Origin: a virus
Virus record (IMG/VR): IMGVR_UViG_3300021425_002093
Span: 32,001 to 96,000 of that record
Reading direction: 5' to 3' (one strand)
DNA length: 64,000 nucleotides
The position numbers and the translations under genes were made by a program. The first letter of the stretch is position 1. The number at the start of each line of letters is the position of its first letter. Positions 1 to 9,688 of the stretch are shown here, one piece after another. The notes under the pieces were generated by a model. That model was not told where the DNA came from. It did no database searches and saw nothing but the letters and a program-made list of their open reading frames with translations.

Positions 1-122
1 GTCAACAGCAAAACGTTACGAAGCTCTTTGGAGTTGTTTTGTCTAAGGTAAGCAATCTTGTCACCTCTGGTCGTCAAGGCCGCCGCTGTTTTTAAAATTT
101 CGGACATAGATAAAGTTGTCAT
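1..122 (-). CDS. 5' part of a conserved T4-like hypothetical protein that typically follows RNase H (runs off the window)
   Basis: ATG at 122, directly after the rnh stop; reads MTTLSMSEILKTAAALTTRGDKIAYLRQNNSKELRNVLLL with no stop before the window edge. Confidence 0.65.
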   Translation of the reverse strand, partial: MTTLSMSEILKTAAALTTRGDKIAYLRQNNSKELRNVLLL

Positions 123-123
123 C

Positions 124-975
124 TCAAAACTCCTGCAAGTTTGTCATTAAGTGTTTTAGTTTGTTCTGAACGAAGTAGTTAAATAGCTTACTTCGATCCT
201 TCGTATTTTCTTTTTCGTACTCCTCAAGAATACGACTCTTCACCTCTTCAGGTATCTCAGATAAGTCAATTAACATTTTGTTTCGCATGTAATTTCTTTT
301 GACATCATCATCCATGTTATTTATATCACTAAATTGACACAATCTTTTTTTAGTAATTGGGCTTTGACGTATGCCAACAACAAGGCAGTTGTCTGCTGAA
401 AGAATGTTAGGTACGCCATCTCCACTATCACCTTTAATAACGTGTTCGATTAGATATTGCTCGGGATCATCATTGCTAATCCATCGCTTACGTGTTGGAT
501 CGTACTGCCTCACATTAGCATATTTGTGTAGCTGAATATAATCTTTGTCGCCCGACAAAATTAGGATCGGCTTACCCGTGTTTAAGATCGTACCTTCTTT
601 GTGTACGATAGTACCTATAATATCATCCGCTTCACAGCCGTCGATCTGAAACACTCGATACGGAAAGTACTCCTTGAGTTCGTCACGAATGGTATTCAGC
701 GATTCGAAAATCGCATTCCAATCCATCTCAGATTTCTCTCGCATTTTCTTGCGGCTTGCTTTGTAGTATGGATACATTTTTCTGCGCCAATAGTTTTTGT
801 CGTCGCAACAGATAACAAGCTCTCCGTACTCATTGTAAAACTTAGTACGAACAGCCCGTAGCGAATTCAAGACCATATGGCGAATCATGCGCTCGTCTAT
901 TTTTGCATTTTTATGACTACCCAACTGAGCCATCATATTCGAAATCATTACTTGATTCATATCAACTAGTATCAT
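124..975 (-). CDS. rnh: T4-type RNase H (5'-3' exonuclease, FEN family)
   Basis: MILVDMNQ N-terminus, WRRKMYPYYKASR, EADDIIG, ILSGDKDYIQL, GDSGDGVPNILS motifs. Confidence 0.95.
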   Translation of the reverse strand: MILVDMNQVMISNMMAQLGSHKNAKIDERMIRHMVLNSLRAVRTKFYNEYGELVICCDDKNYWRRKMYPYYKASRKKMREKSEMDWNAIFESLNTIRDELKEYFPYRVFQIDGCEADDIIGTIVHKEGTILNTGKPILILSGDKDYIQLHKYANVRQYDPTRKRWISNDDPEQYLIEHVIKGDSGDGVPNILSADNCLVVGIRQSPITKKRLCQFSDINNMDDDVKRNYMRNKMLIDLSEIPEEVKSRILEEYEKENTKDRSKLFNYFVQNKLKHLMTNLQEF

Positions 976-1331
976 ACGTTATCTTCCAACTCACTCAAAA
1001 ACTCTTTCATGATAGTTTCGTAATCGAGTTCGTTTCCGTCCTCGTTTCTAAAAATACCTTCACTAATTTTTTGCATGGGGTATTCTTTCTTGGCACATCT
1101 CATCACTAATGCTCGAACAGCTTCTTCAATAGCGAGAATATCGACGATGCACTTTACATCTTCTCCTATGTTATACCCCATTTCGTGTAGTGCTATAGTA
1201 ATGTCAAATGCAACATCGAAACCGAACTTATAAGCAAAGAACATATCTGGATCTTTAGCTAGCTCTTCGTCCATCTGCTTAAGTTCTTTTCGTCGTTCGT
1301 GCGCTTTAACAAAATCTATAACCTTACCCAT
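972..1331 (-). CDS. hypothetical protein
   Basis: 119-aa ORF overlapping both neighbours; MGKVIDF start common in phage proteins. Confidence 0.7.
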   Translation of the reverse strand: MGKVIDFVKAHERRKELKQMDEELAKDPDMFFAYKFGFDVAFDITIALHEMGYNIGEDVKCIVDILAIEEAVRALVMRCAKKEYPMQKISEGIFRNEDGNELDYETIMKEFLSELEDNV

Positions 1332-2464
1332 TAGAACGCCTTAAGTATAATAGTATCACGATTAATTCGACCGTCAGCCTCTGTCTCGTTCGTACTAAGC
1401 GCTTTGACATACTTTTGTGCTTTTGTCTTGGTGGACTTAACAAGAGTCCCAAGCATTTCTTCGGGCTTGCGTATCTTCTTCTTGAAAGACTCAGCTTCGT
1501 TGAATCCTTGCACAGTAGTTCCTTTGATCCAGAAGCCGTCCACACGATCCGATCTAAGATATTTTAGAACTCGTGTCTTTGTATTGAACAAATACAACTC
1601 GTGCTTACCTATGATCTGTACAGGACTAATACTGGCCACTTTGTACTCTGAACTTTCTTTCTGATACTGAACCTTCTCGACCTGCTTGATCAAAGGCTTC
1701 TCTTTCTTCGCACGAGGCTTACGAGCGGCCTTTTTAGTTTCAAGATACTTTTGTAAATCAACTATCATCTCGTTGAGGAATTTAAGATACTTTGTCTTCT
1801 CTCGCTTTGTTAAGTGACTATAAGCCTCTACTAAATCGGGAGAAGTTCCCGATATTACTTCCTCCATTTCAGCTTTGTGAGTCTCTATAACTCGCATGGC
1901 TTCACGTGCAGATTGAGCGGCGGAGTTTTCTTTCTTCAGATGATTGTAGAGAGAATATGATTTTGAAATAGTATTTTCAAAATACTCGTCAATTGCATAT
2001 TCAATTTCCCCCACAAGTGTTGCTGTTTTTTCTGCTAGATGTTCCGCAGGAGTCTTGCGAGCGACCACAGTTTTCTCTACTTGCTGAACGTTATCCGACT
2101 CAGCGTAAGATAAAATAGAAGTCAACTGATTGTCTTGAAAGAGTTTGCATGACTCTGGTAGTGGGGCACCGTTCAACTCCATTCGACAGAGACCAGCGAA
2201 AGTACCACAAGTCCTCCAACCCTTAGCTCTCTTGTATTGCTTGAGTAAATTATTGGAATTCTTGAACTCTCGAATCCAATCTTCAACCCACTTGACGTAA
2301 GTCTTTTGTTCATAGAAGTAGCCATAATGACGCAAATTGGTCATTATAGTATCCATAAGATCATCTTCTTTTACAGAAGACCAGTCTAGAGTTTCTTCAC
2401 CGATATGCTTTGCTTCAATCTGCTTTGCATCTCGACGTGATGTAGTCGCTTTCTTAGCAGGCAT
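1331..2464 (-). CDS. conserved hypothetical protein of T4-like phages
   Basis: 377-aa ORF; C-terminal SISPVQIIG...FNTKTR...IKGTT...GRIN pattern typical of the ORF upstream of rnh. Confidence 0.7.
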   Translation of the reverse strand: MPAKKATTSRRDAKQIEAKHIGEETLDWSSVKEDDLMDTIMTNLRHYGYFYEQKTYVKWVEDWIREFKNSNNLLKQYKRAKGWRTCGTFAGLCRMELNGAPLPESCKLFQDNQLTSILSYAESDNVQQVEKTVVARKTPAEHLAEKTATLVGEIEYAIDEYFENTISKSYSLYNHLKKENSAAQSAREAMRVIETHKAEMEEVISGTSPDLVEAYSHLTKREKTKYLKFLNEMIVDLQKYLETKKAARKPRAKKEKPLIKQVEKVQYQKESSEYKVASISPVQIIGKHELYLFNTKTRVLKYLRSDRVDGFWIKGTTVQGFNEAESFKKKIRKPEEMLGTLVKSTKTKAQKYVKALSTNETEADGRINRDTIILKAF

Positions 2465-2481
2465 AATATATCCTATAGACT

Positions 2482-2757
2482 TTAGTCGTGAACTCCTTGA
2501 GGAAACTTCATGTCGTTTACTTCTCGCAAACGATCCCAGCGAAAGGCTCGCCAGGCGTCTTTCTCCGTATCCCAGACTGAAATCGAAGCGTCTGAAGGGG
2601 GCTTTTTCATTCCATTATCTTTTACACTAGGCTCCCATCGAATCCAATCAGAATGTAACGTGGCGTGCATTTCACGAGGTGATCCATCCGCTTTTTCAAA
2701 AAGAAGCCTTACAACTCCTTCGTTTAAAAGATCACGGACTTTTTGTTTGTGAGCCAT
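2482..2757 (-). CDS. SH3/WYL-like small protein
   Basis: FEKADGSPREMHATL...VWDTEKDAWRAFRWD signature; start reassigned to MAHKQ behind a GGAG SD. Confidence 0.75.
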   Translation of the reverse strand: MAHKQKVRDLLNEGVVRLLFEKADGSPREMHATLHSDWIRWEPSVKDNGMKKPPSDASISVWDTEKDAWRAFRWDRLREVNDMKFPQGVHD

Positions 2758-3004
2758 TATCAGTCTCCTTTTGTAAGAACTCATTTACACGTTTTTCAAA
2801 GTCAGCAAGACCAACGATGATATCGTCTCCCCATACTATTTGGGGGACCATACCAAAGTGAGTATCGATTTGATAAAACTTTTTCTTAGTTTCGATGTCA
2901 GCCCGAGCGAGACTAATGTACTCATGCTCAAGTTCAAAAATCTCAGCACACTGCTTAGCTTTCAAGCAGGCGAGGCATCCATCTGTTCCATATATTGTAA
3001 TCAT
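2732..3004 (-). CDS. glutaredoxin-like protein
   Basis: IYGTDGCLAC (CxxC) and VPQI...VGL cis-Pro motif. Confidence 0.85.
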   Translation of the reverse strand: MITIYGTDGCLACLKAKQCAEIFELEHEYISLARADIETKKKFYQIDTHFGMVPQIVWGDDIIVGLADFEKRVNEFLQKETDNGSQTKSP

Positions 3005-3011
3005 GAGTCAT

Positions 3012-3040
3012 ACTCTATCACATTAAAGCGAATGTGTCAA
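3012..3040 (-). promoter_or_regulatory. sigma70-type promoter
   Basis: TTGACA-17 nt-TAGAGT with TG extension on the - strand, upstream of the glutaredoxin. Confidence 0.6.
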
Positions 3041-3501
3041 GTTTTTACGTTTGATTGTCTACTCATTGCTCTAGAACCAAACCAAAATGAGATAATCGCA
3101 GCAAAAATTGCTTGTGTTTCCTCATCCCAAACAATTGTGATCGCCGCATAAAAGTCTTGACCACTATCCATACCATGCATGAGAGTAGCGATTTTGACTG
3201 ATGCAAACAACCCAAAAAAGAGATATGTGATTACAGGACGGACTGACTTCCTAAGCCAAGCGAGCGGACCATTGTCTTCTTGCATTGCAATATCATGCTG
3301 TATGAGTCTTGCGTGTTCATCGTCCACTGATCGAAGTTGAAATTTAGTCATGTCGATATCAGCATTTTGTCTCATCAACTCCGACTGCATTTTCATCATT
3401 TCGAGTTCTTTCTTGTTATTCTCTTTGTCAGCAAAATGTCCAAGAACAGCAGGAACGGCTGAGCCAGCAAATCCAACTAATGTACCTAATAATGATAGCA
3501 T
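3037..3501 (-). CDS. membrane protein, holin-like candidate
   Basis: Hydrophobic N-terminus, SVRPVITY, two more hydrophobic segments, C-terminal FWFGSR. Confidence 0.6.
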   Translation of the reverse strand: MLSLLGTLVGFAGSAVPAVLGHFADKENNKKELEMMKMQSELMRQNADIDMTKFQLRSVDDEHARLIQHDIAMQEDNGPLAWLRKSVRPVITYLFFGLFASVKIATLMHGMDSGQDFYAAITIVWDEETQAIFAAIISFWFGSRAMSRQSNVKT

Positions 3502-3581
3502 AATTTTAACCTTATTTTTGTATATGCAATATTATTTAGTCTTTGTCTTCTAAGAGAAGCCAGCATGAAACGAATACTGGA

Positions 3582-3962
3582 TCAATCATAAGTTCCGTCT
3601 TCTTGCATTCCACACCAGTTACAAGCATGACCGGACTCAACAGCAATGTATCCATTTAAATTGCAATTATGATTCCAGAAGGGGCTTACTGTCCCTTCTA
3701 GTGGATTCTCCATTTCATATGGGTCAAGATCTTCCCCGTTTCTCCCACGAGTCCGATTTCCATCTGAATTGAGTTCAGTCATATCCTGTTGGACTGTTCG
3801 ATAGTCTTTAGGACTGACATTACAATTCACTGTATGAAAACCATCAACTTCGCCGCACTCTTGACAGCGATCTTTTCCTTTGTATCCAAAGATTTTATGA
3901 TAGTTCTCTTCCCATTTTGCTCGATCTTGAATCGGGCGTTGCTTGCTACCTTTCCCCGCCAT
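3582..3962 (-). CDS. hypothetical protein with two Cys/His clusters
   Basis: Probable start MAGKGSKQRP; CQECG...HTVNC and HNC...CNWCG. Confidence 0.6.
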   Translation of the reverse strand: MAGKGSKQRPIQDRAKWEENYHKIFGYKGKDRCQECGEVDGFHTVNCNVSPKDYRTVQQDMTELNSDGNRTRGRNGEDLDPYEMENPLEGTVSPFWNHNCNLNGYIAVESGHACNWCGMQEDGTYD

Positions 3963-4236
3963 CTTTACGTTGACCCTCAAATATTTGTCGTCTAAAAACT
4001 TCAGCCAAGTACGCACGTCTGCAATGTTGCTTTTGTCTTATGATCAAATAAAACAAAGCGTCGATTACGGGACGTGCGATTTTAGCAACCCAGTGTCCCT
4101 CTTTTTCGTATCTGTATGTCGCAGACGAAATAGTTTCATCTGGATATACAGCACCGAATGTAATCAACACCCAAACGAATTGATCAAATCCAATCAAAAT
4201 ATTTTTGATTCGTCTTGATATCGTTAAGCTACGCAC
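3946..4236 (-). CDS. hypothetical membrane-associated protein
   Basis: LIGFDQ...PDETISS...IDALF...HC motif seen in small phage/prophage proteins. Confidence 0.6.
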   Translation of the reverse strand: MRSLTISRRIKNILIGFDQFVWVLITFGAVYPDETISSATYRYEKEGHWVAKIARPVIDALFYLIIRQKQHCRRAYLAEVFRRQIFEGQRKDGGER

Positions 4237-4525
4237 TGACTCCTTCCCCTACGATCAACCCAGAACTTGCTTGATAATAAGCAGATTCTACAGGCTGACT
4301 AGTCTTTGTTACAAAGACAATACCACCAGTATAGAAAGTCATTGACTTGGGATTTTCCTCTCCCGTAACACAAATTCCGTTTGCAAAGCCAACGCCATTT
4401 TCGCCCTGAACGAGCATCTTGGGATCGGAAAGGATAAATGTAGCATCATCCTTTTTAAGAAATTTACCCACATACTCTCCAGCAACTGAGATCACTGTTA
4501 CAACTTCATTCTTTTTATAGCTCAT
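4229..4525 (-). CDS. Sm-like fold hypothetical protein
   Basis: VVTVISVAGEYVGK...LSDP pattern; C-terminal YYQASSGLIV. Confidence 0.6.
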   Translation of the reverse strand: MSYKKNEVVTVISVAGEYVGKFLKKDDATFILSDPKMLVQGENGVGFANGICVTGEENPKSMTFYTGGIVFVTKTSQPVESAYYQASSGLIVGEGVSA

Positions 4526-4526
4526 T

Positions 4527-4868
4527 TTACTCCTCCATAATATCGCCTTCTTTTACGAAGACTCCATTGATCATACGGCCTGTACGATGTTTGATATCAT
4601 TGTATGCTTGCTCTAAACAGTCTGATAACGATAGACCATTTCGCTCTGCAATATTTATCAGCACAACGATGCAATCTCCAATGTCGTCTGAGACATCACG
4701 ACCTTTGCATACATTGTCGCTAAGCTCGCCTACTTCTTGGATCAATTTACATACTTGATCCTTGTCAGTAGAACCTAGGATTAAATTTCTATCGTAGTGC
4801 CATTGTTTGATTTGTTCGGTTAGGCTGATCATTCGATCATCTTCAATTTCGTAATCAATGTATTTCAC
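4527..4868 (-). CDS. MazG-like nucleotide pyrophosphohydrolase
   Basis: WHYDRNL, KLIQEVGEL, DDIGDCIVVL, AYNDIKHRTG..INGVFVKE. Confidence 0.85.
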   Translation of the reverse strand: MKYIDYEIEDDRMISLTEQIKQWHYDRNLILGSTDKDQVCKLIQEVGELSDNVCKGRDVSDDIGDCIVVLINIAERNGLSLSDCLEQAYNDIKHRTGRMINGVFVKEGDIMEE

Positions 4869-4987
4869 TTATCACCCTCTCGCTCAAGTTTCTCTTTAAT
4901 TAACTCTAACACCCCTACAATTTTTTCTAAAACTTCTTCGTCTTTTTCATTTTCTGTGTCAAACTTCACATTTACATCTATAATCAT
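4865..4987 (-). CDS. 40-aa hypothetical protein (below ORF-track cutoff)
   Basis: MIIDVNVKFDTENEKDEEVLEKIVGVLELIKEKLEREGDK; ATGA/GTGA overlaps with both neighbours. Confidence 0.6.
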   Translation of the reverse strand: MIIDVNVKFDTENEKDEEVLEKIVGVLELIKEKLEREGDK

Positions 4988-5409
4988 CTCTTTCCTCTCC
5001 CAACTAAAGACTGAACGTGAGATCGGTGAATTTTGCAGTTTATGATGCCGTTGAAATACTCATCTGACAATAACACTTCTCGCTCAATCTGTTCTTTTAA
5101 CTCTAAGTAAGACATCTCCCCCTTGGAATTACATAAATGAAGGATTTCTCGATTAAAGACTTCACCGCCATGTTCTTCAACTAGAGACTTGACTTCTTCA
5201 GATGATCCATAGTACATCATCCAATCAGATTCTTTTACGACTTTACGTCTTCTAGTCTTTCCCTTTAGCGGCGGTAAAGTTCTCCTCGACTTAAATGTCT
5301 TCTTACCAATATATTTTTTCCCATTTCTAGAGTCTGTAATGCAGTAGACAAATCCAACAAACTCTCCTATCATGTCGCTTGTAAATTCACGACCTTCATA
5401 ATTCCACAT
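4984..5409 (-). CDS. GIY-YIG endonuclease
   Basis: GFVYCIT...KKYIGKK, YYGSS, REILHLC, E..EQ, FNGII. Confidence 0.85.
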   Translation of the reverse strand: MWNYEGREFTSDMIGEFVGFVYCITDSRNGKKYIGKKTFKSRRTLPPLKGKTRRRKVVKESDWMMYYGSSEEVKSLVEEHGGEVFNREILHLCNSKGEMSYLELKEQIEREVLLSDEYFNGIINCKIHRSHVQSLVGRGKR

Positions 5410-5456
5410 TATAATCGCCTATCTAGTATACTGTCTAGTATATAGATGCGAAAAAT

Positions 5457-5603
5457 TTACTCCCAATCGGGATCAAAATCGCCCGGCTCTTCTTCTCGAT
5501 TCTCGCCGCATATTGGGCAATACTGCACTTCGTCATCAACTCCAAATGTTTCGATGGTGCATTCGTTACCACAGAAACTACAAAGAAAATCTATTTTTTT
5601 CAT
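5457..5603 (-). CDS. 48-aa zinc-ribbon protein (below ORF-track cutoff)
   Basis: MKKIDFLCSFCGNECTIETFGVDDEVQYCPICGENREEEPGDFDPDWE; ATGA overlap with the dCMP deaminase stop. Confidence 0.7.
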   Translation of the reverse strand: MKKIDFLCSFCGNECTIETFGVDDEVQYCPICGENREEEPGDFDPDWE

Positions 5604-6058
5604 ATACGGTATACTCCTACTCCGCACTGTACAAGGAACTCAATTCCCCTTAGTGATTGATATTCATCTCTGTAGTACACATCAGTTACGCCAGCACCAT
5701 ATATTTGCTTAGCACACCCCAGACACGGAGCGTGTGTAATATACATAGTCGCACCTTCTCCGCTTTCTGTACTTCTAGCTAACTTTGCAATGCAATTAGC
5801 TTCAGCGTGAATTACCTCTTCTTTTGTTATCATTCTACCATAGATGGCTCGATCATCAGGATTAACTTCAAAAGTCACTCCCTCATTTGGAACCCAGTCT
5901 TCGCATTCATTATCCCAGCCGCTAGGCGTTCCATTATATCCAATTGAAATGATGCGGTCGTCCTTGACCGCAATCGCTCCAACCTTAAGTCGGGTAGCAG
6001 TGGATAGTTGAGCAAATCGATGAGCAACATCCATATACGCCGCTTGCCACTTATCCAT
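5600..6058 (-). CDS. cd: dCMP deaminase
   Basis: IGYNGTPSG, HAEANC, THAPCLGC zinc-binding deaminase motifs. Confidence 0.92.
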   Translation of the reverse strand: MDKWQAAYMDVAHRFAQLSTATRLKVGAIAVKDDRIISIGYNGTPSGWDNECEDWVPNEGVTFEVNPDDRAIYGRMITKEEVIHAEANCIAKLARSTESGEGATMYITHAPCLGCAKQIYGAGVTDVYYRDEYQSLRGIEFLVQCGVGVYRI

Positions 6059-6133
6059 ATATTGAAAATCCGCATACTAGTAACAAGTCTACTAGAAACA
6101 TAAGCGTCCCAAATTCTACCCAATACTTATCTA

Positions 6134-7141
6134 CTATGCGGCGCATGACTTGCTATCTAATCCACAAACTTGAGCGGCGGATGGATCAACGTCATTCCAA
6201 CCCCAATCTCCTTCCATGCCGTTAACAGAGTACTCTGTAACTCGCTTCTCAAAGAAGTTATCATGTGATGCGCCATTGAGTACCCAATCAAGCCAATCAA
6301 GTGGATTATCCTTTTGATTGAATTTAGGCTTCATACCCAACTGAAGTAATCGACGATCAGCGATATGGCGAATGTAGTCACGAACTTCCTTCTTTGTCAT
6401 TCCCTGTACGTCATTACCCTTGAATGCTAGATCAATAAACTTATCTTCTAATTGTACGGCATTCTTGGCCATCTGATAAATCTTGGACTTAAGTTCATCG
6501 TTAACAATACGAGGATGCTCTTCGCAAAAAGTACGAAATAGCTTTGCATTGCCTTGTACGTGTATCGACTCATCACGAATAGACCACTCAACGATTGTTC
6601 CCATTCCCTTCATCTTTCCGAAGCGCTGGAAGTTGAGTAACATCACAAATGATGCAAATACAGACATTCCTTCGTTGAAGACTGATTGAGCGAGCGCAAG
6701 CGCAAGTCCAGTGTGAGTATTGACATCGCCCTCTTTCATGAAGTCGATTTTGTCAGCCATTTCCTTATACTCTAGGAACTTATGAAATTCTTCGTCTGGT
6801 AATCCAAGCGTATCATTAAGAAGCGCATACGCTCGCTGGTGGACCGCCTCTCGTGCCGCAAAGGACGAGAGCATGTTCCGCACTTCATTGTTTTTGAATT
6901 TAGGGATGAGTAGCTCGTGATAGTTCTCACCAACTTGCACATCAGACTGAGTGAATAGTCTCAAAACGTGAGTGATAAACTCCTTTTCAGCTTCTGAGAG
7001 TTTTGTTTTCCAATCTTGGACATCTTCTGAAAGCTCTGCTTCCGACTCCACCCAATGTATTTCTTCGTGCTTTACCGATAAGTCCACTGCCCAGTCATAC
7101 TTGAACGGACGGTAGGCTTCTGAAAATTTAAGTAATGACAT
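6134..7141 (-). CDS. nrdB: ribonucleotide reductase class I beta subunit
   Basis: FTQSD, REAVHQRAY, EG..FASF, WSIRDESIH iron ligands; NFFEKRVTEY. Confidence 0.95.
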   Translation of the reverse strand: MSLLKFSEAYRPFKYDWAVDLSVKHEEIHWVESEAELSEDVQDWKTKLSEAEKEFITHVLRLFTQSDVQVGENYHELLIPKFKNNEVRNMLSSFAAREAVHQRAYALLNDTLGLPDEEFHKFLEYKEMADKIDFMKEGDVNTHTGLALALAQSVFNEGMSVFASFVMLLNFQRFGKMKGMGTIVEWSIRDESIHVQGNAKLFRTFCEEHPRIVNDELKSKIYQMAKNAVQLEDKFIDLAFKGNDVQGMTKKEVRDYIRHIADRRLLQLGMKPKFNQKDNPLDWLDWVLNGASHDNFFEKRVTEYSVNGMEGDWGWNDVDPSAAQVCGLDSKSCAA

Positions 7142-7159
7142 TATTGTTCCTTTTAAAAT

Positions 7160-9148
7160 TTAGCCTTCACAAGCTCGGCATTCTTCGCCTTGTTGAGCTG
7201 CTACTGTGTTAGAATTTAAGTAAGCAATTAACTGATCATAACCGCCAACGTATTTTCCATTAATGTAAATTTGAGGTACACTATTCACCTTCCTTCCAGT
7301 GACCTCTGCTGCAGTTTTTCCAATCTCTTTCAAATCAATGTAATCGAATGGGATTCCCTGCAGTGTCAACTCTTGCTTTGCAAGTTCACAGAATGGACAA
7401 TTACTCTTACCGTAGATAATAGTTCTATTATCGTCCTGTAAAGCAACTCGCTCCACTTTGTCAGCGACAGTCTCAGCACGAGATTTAGCTTCCGTTCTCA
7501 AATAGTATAAGCCCTTCAGTCCTTCTTGCCAAGCTTTTAAATGAACTTTGTTCACATAGCCTCTGGCCACTCCGGACGGGAAGAATAAATTGACAGACTG
7601 ACCTTGACAGATATACTTTTGTCTGTCTGCGGCGTGCTGTACAACCCAAGTCTGATCAAGTTCTTGTGCCGTCTTAAAGACAGCCTTCTCTCCTTCAGTT
7701 AAGAATGGAAGATGCTGAACAGATCCTTTATTAGTGATGATTGATGACCAGGTGGACTCGTTGTTCATTTCCCGTTCAGCAAGCAATTGTTCCAAGTAGC
7801 GATTTTTAACTAGAAAACTCCCTGCTCGGGTTCTATGAGTGTAAGCATTTGCCTTCATTGGCTCGATGCTAGGACTCGTTGATAAAATCACTCCAGATGA
7901 CGCATTAGGAGCGATTGCGATTAAATGTGCGTTTCGCTTTCCGCTTCCTTCGCCATCAAGATACTCACCTCTTTCAACAGCAAGCCACTCAGTTTCCGCA
8001 TTTGCTTCTCGCTGAATATGCGAGAAGACTACATCATTTATCTCACGAGCCTTATCTGACTCCCAAGCGACTCCATGCTTTTGTAGCAACGAGTGAAAGC
8101 CCATTGCCCCCAATCCAATGCTACGTTCACGCATGGCACTATACTTAGCACGAGATATAGTATCAGGTGCATTATCAATGAAATACTCAAGCACGTTATC
8201 CAACATGCGAACAAGATCCCGTACAATACTTGTGTCTTTCCACTCATCATAGTACTCCAAGTTTAAAGATGATAAGCAACAAACAGCAGTACGTTCATCT
8301 GATGTTGGGAGATGAATCTCATTGCAAAGATTAGAGCCATGAATCTTTAATCCTTTCTCTTTCAGAGGCTCTGGTAAATGCTTGTTTGCTGTATCGATAA
8401 AGTTTAAGTAAGGTTCACCAGTTCTGAATCTTACCTCCAAAATTCTTTCCCATAGTTTACGTGCATCAACTGAGTCTTTGACTGTTCCATCTTTAGGATC
8501 TCTTAAGTCAAAGAAATCGCCATGCTTTACGCAATTCATAAACTCATCAGTGATGTTGATTGCATTATGTAAATTCAATGCCTTGCGTTGTACATCACCC
8601 GTAGGAATTCGAATGTTTAGAAACTCTACGATATCCGGATGTGAGACATCCATATAAGCGGCATAAGAGCCTTTTCTAGTCTTACCTTGACGGTAAGCAA
8701 TCATATCTGCGTCTACAGTGTGGAGAAATGGGATAGGGCCTGGAGCAATGTCAGAGACTGTCCGTACATCAGACCAGTGACCACCGACGCCACCGCCATA
8801 AACACTAAGCCAGCGCAGTTCAGAAGTATGATCAATAAGACCTTCAAGAGTGTCCGGAACGTATGTGAGGAAGCATGAGATAGGCATTCCCTTTCCTTTA
8901 CCGTGTCCATTAGGCGCATTGCTAAGAACTGGAGATGCAAACATAAACCATTTTTTTGAAACATAGTCGTATAACCTTTGGGCTAGATCTTCATCAATTG
9001 TTTCTCTGTATACTGACCATGCTTTAGCGGCTCTAGCGTATCCTTCTTGTGGGGATGATTCGTAACTATTAAGATAAAAATCCTTAAGCATGTTAATAGC
9101 ATAATCTGCTAATAGATCATCTTTGGACTTATCGATCTTAATTTTCAT
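7160..9148 (-). CDS. nrdA: ribonucleotide reductase class I alpha subunit with glutaredoxin domain before the C-terminal CxxC
   Basis: PISCF, GSNLCNEI, VCCLSS, IAPNASS, KGLYYLR; then IYGKSNCPFC...VPQIYINGKYVGG; ends CRACEG; no ATP-cone apparent. Confidence 0.95.
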   Translation of the reverse strand: MKIKIDKSKDDLLADYAINMLKDFYLNSYESSPQEGYARAAKAWSVYRETIDEDLAQRLYDYVSKKWFMFASPVLSNAPNGHGKGKGMPISCFLTYVPDTLEGLIDHTSELRWLSVYGGGVGGHWSDVRTVSDIAPGPIPFLHTVDADMIAYRQGKTRKGSYAAYMDVSHPDIVEFLNIRIPTGDVQRKALNLHNAINITDEFMNCVKHGDFFDLRDPKDGTVKDSVDARKLWERILEVRFRTGEPYLNFIDTANKHLPEPLKEKGLKIHGSNLCNEIHLPTSDERTAVCCLSSLNLEYYDEWKDTSIVRDLVRMLDNVLEYFIDNAPDTISRAKYSAMRERSIGLGAMGFHSLLQKHGVAWESDKAREINDVVFSHIQREANAETEWLAVERGEYLDGEGSGKRNAHLIAIAPNASSGVILSTSPSIEPMKANAYTHRTRAGSFLVKNRYLEQLLAEREMNNESTWSSIITNKGSVQHLPFLTEGEKAVFKTAQELDQTWVVQHAADRQKYICQGQSVNLFFPSGVARGYVNKVHLKAWQEGLKGLYYLRTEAKSRAETVADKVERVALQDDNRTIIYGKSNCPFCELAKQELTLQGIPFDYIDLKEIGKTAAEVTGRKVNSVPQIYINGKYVGGYDQLIAYLNSNTVAAQQGEECRACEG

Positions 9149-9241
9149 ATGGGTTCCTTATTGTTAAATTCAACGGCTACTAACCCTATGCAGGGAAGCA
9201 CCTTAATTAAATTGTAAAAAAATTGAGTTCATTCTAAGATA

Positions 9242-9688
9242 CTAGTACGAATACATGTCTTTGAAAAGCCGGATCAAGAACCCGATTCCCATTCGAATTG
9301 CTACAGTAGTAGCTGAGAATTGATTAGTCTCAAATCGATATCCAGCGTCTATCATATCTTTCTTAGTAACGAACTTTTTTTGGATGTTGTCTACGTATTT
9401 TGATTTGTAAACAAGAACTCCGTGACCTACGTCACGCTTTGTCTTGCAGTACTGTAACTTCGCTCTCCGAGTGAACAAGTAAAACCAGAATCTAAAGAGA
9501 GATCGATTGCACAGTAGATACAGCAGAGTTAAAGCATAATCCTCACAGTCTCCATAAAACTTGCCGTCTTTTGATTCCATGATATACCAAGCATCACGTT
9601 GGTCATAATGATTCCGGTCGCTAATGTATTCGAATTTTTGCGAAAACTCAGCGACAATTTGATCTTCGGGGCCTAATTTCATTAACAC
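9242..9688 (-). CDS. transglutaminase-like cysteine peptidase (BTLCP/C93-like)
   Basis: F.YISD, GDCEDYA, GHGVL, YVDN give a Cys-His-Asp triad. Confidence 0.75.
   Translation of the reverse strand: MLMKLGPEDQIVAEFSQKFEYISDRNHYDQRDAWYIMESKDGKFYGDCEDYALTLLYLLCNRSLFRFWFYLFTRRAKLQYCKTKRDVGHGVLVYKSKYVDNIQKKFVTKKDMIDAGYRFETNQFSATTVAIRMGIGFLIRLFKDMYSY

Noticed and set aside
4984-5409. GIY-YIG gene as intron-borne homing endonuclease
   Set aside because: It is a short catalytic-domain-only gene, and the flanking genes are uninterrupted; no intron or intein was evident in gp43, gp41, nrdA or nrdB.
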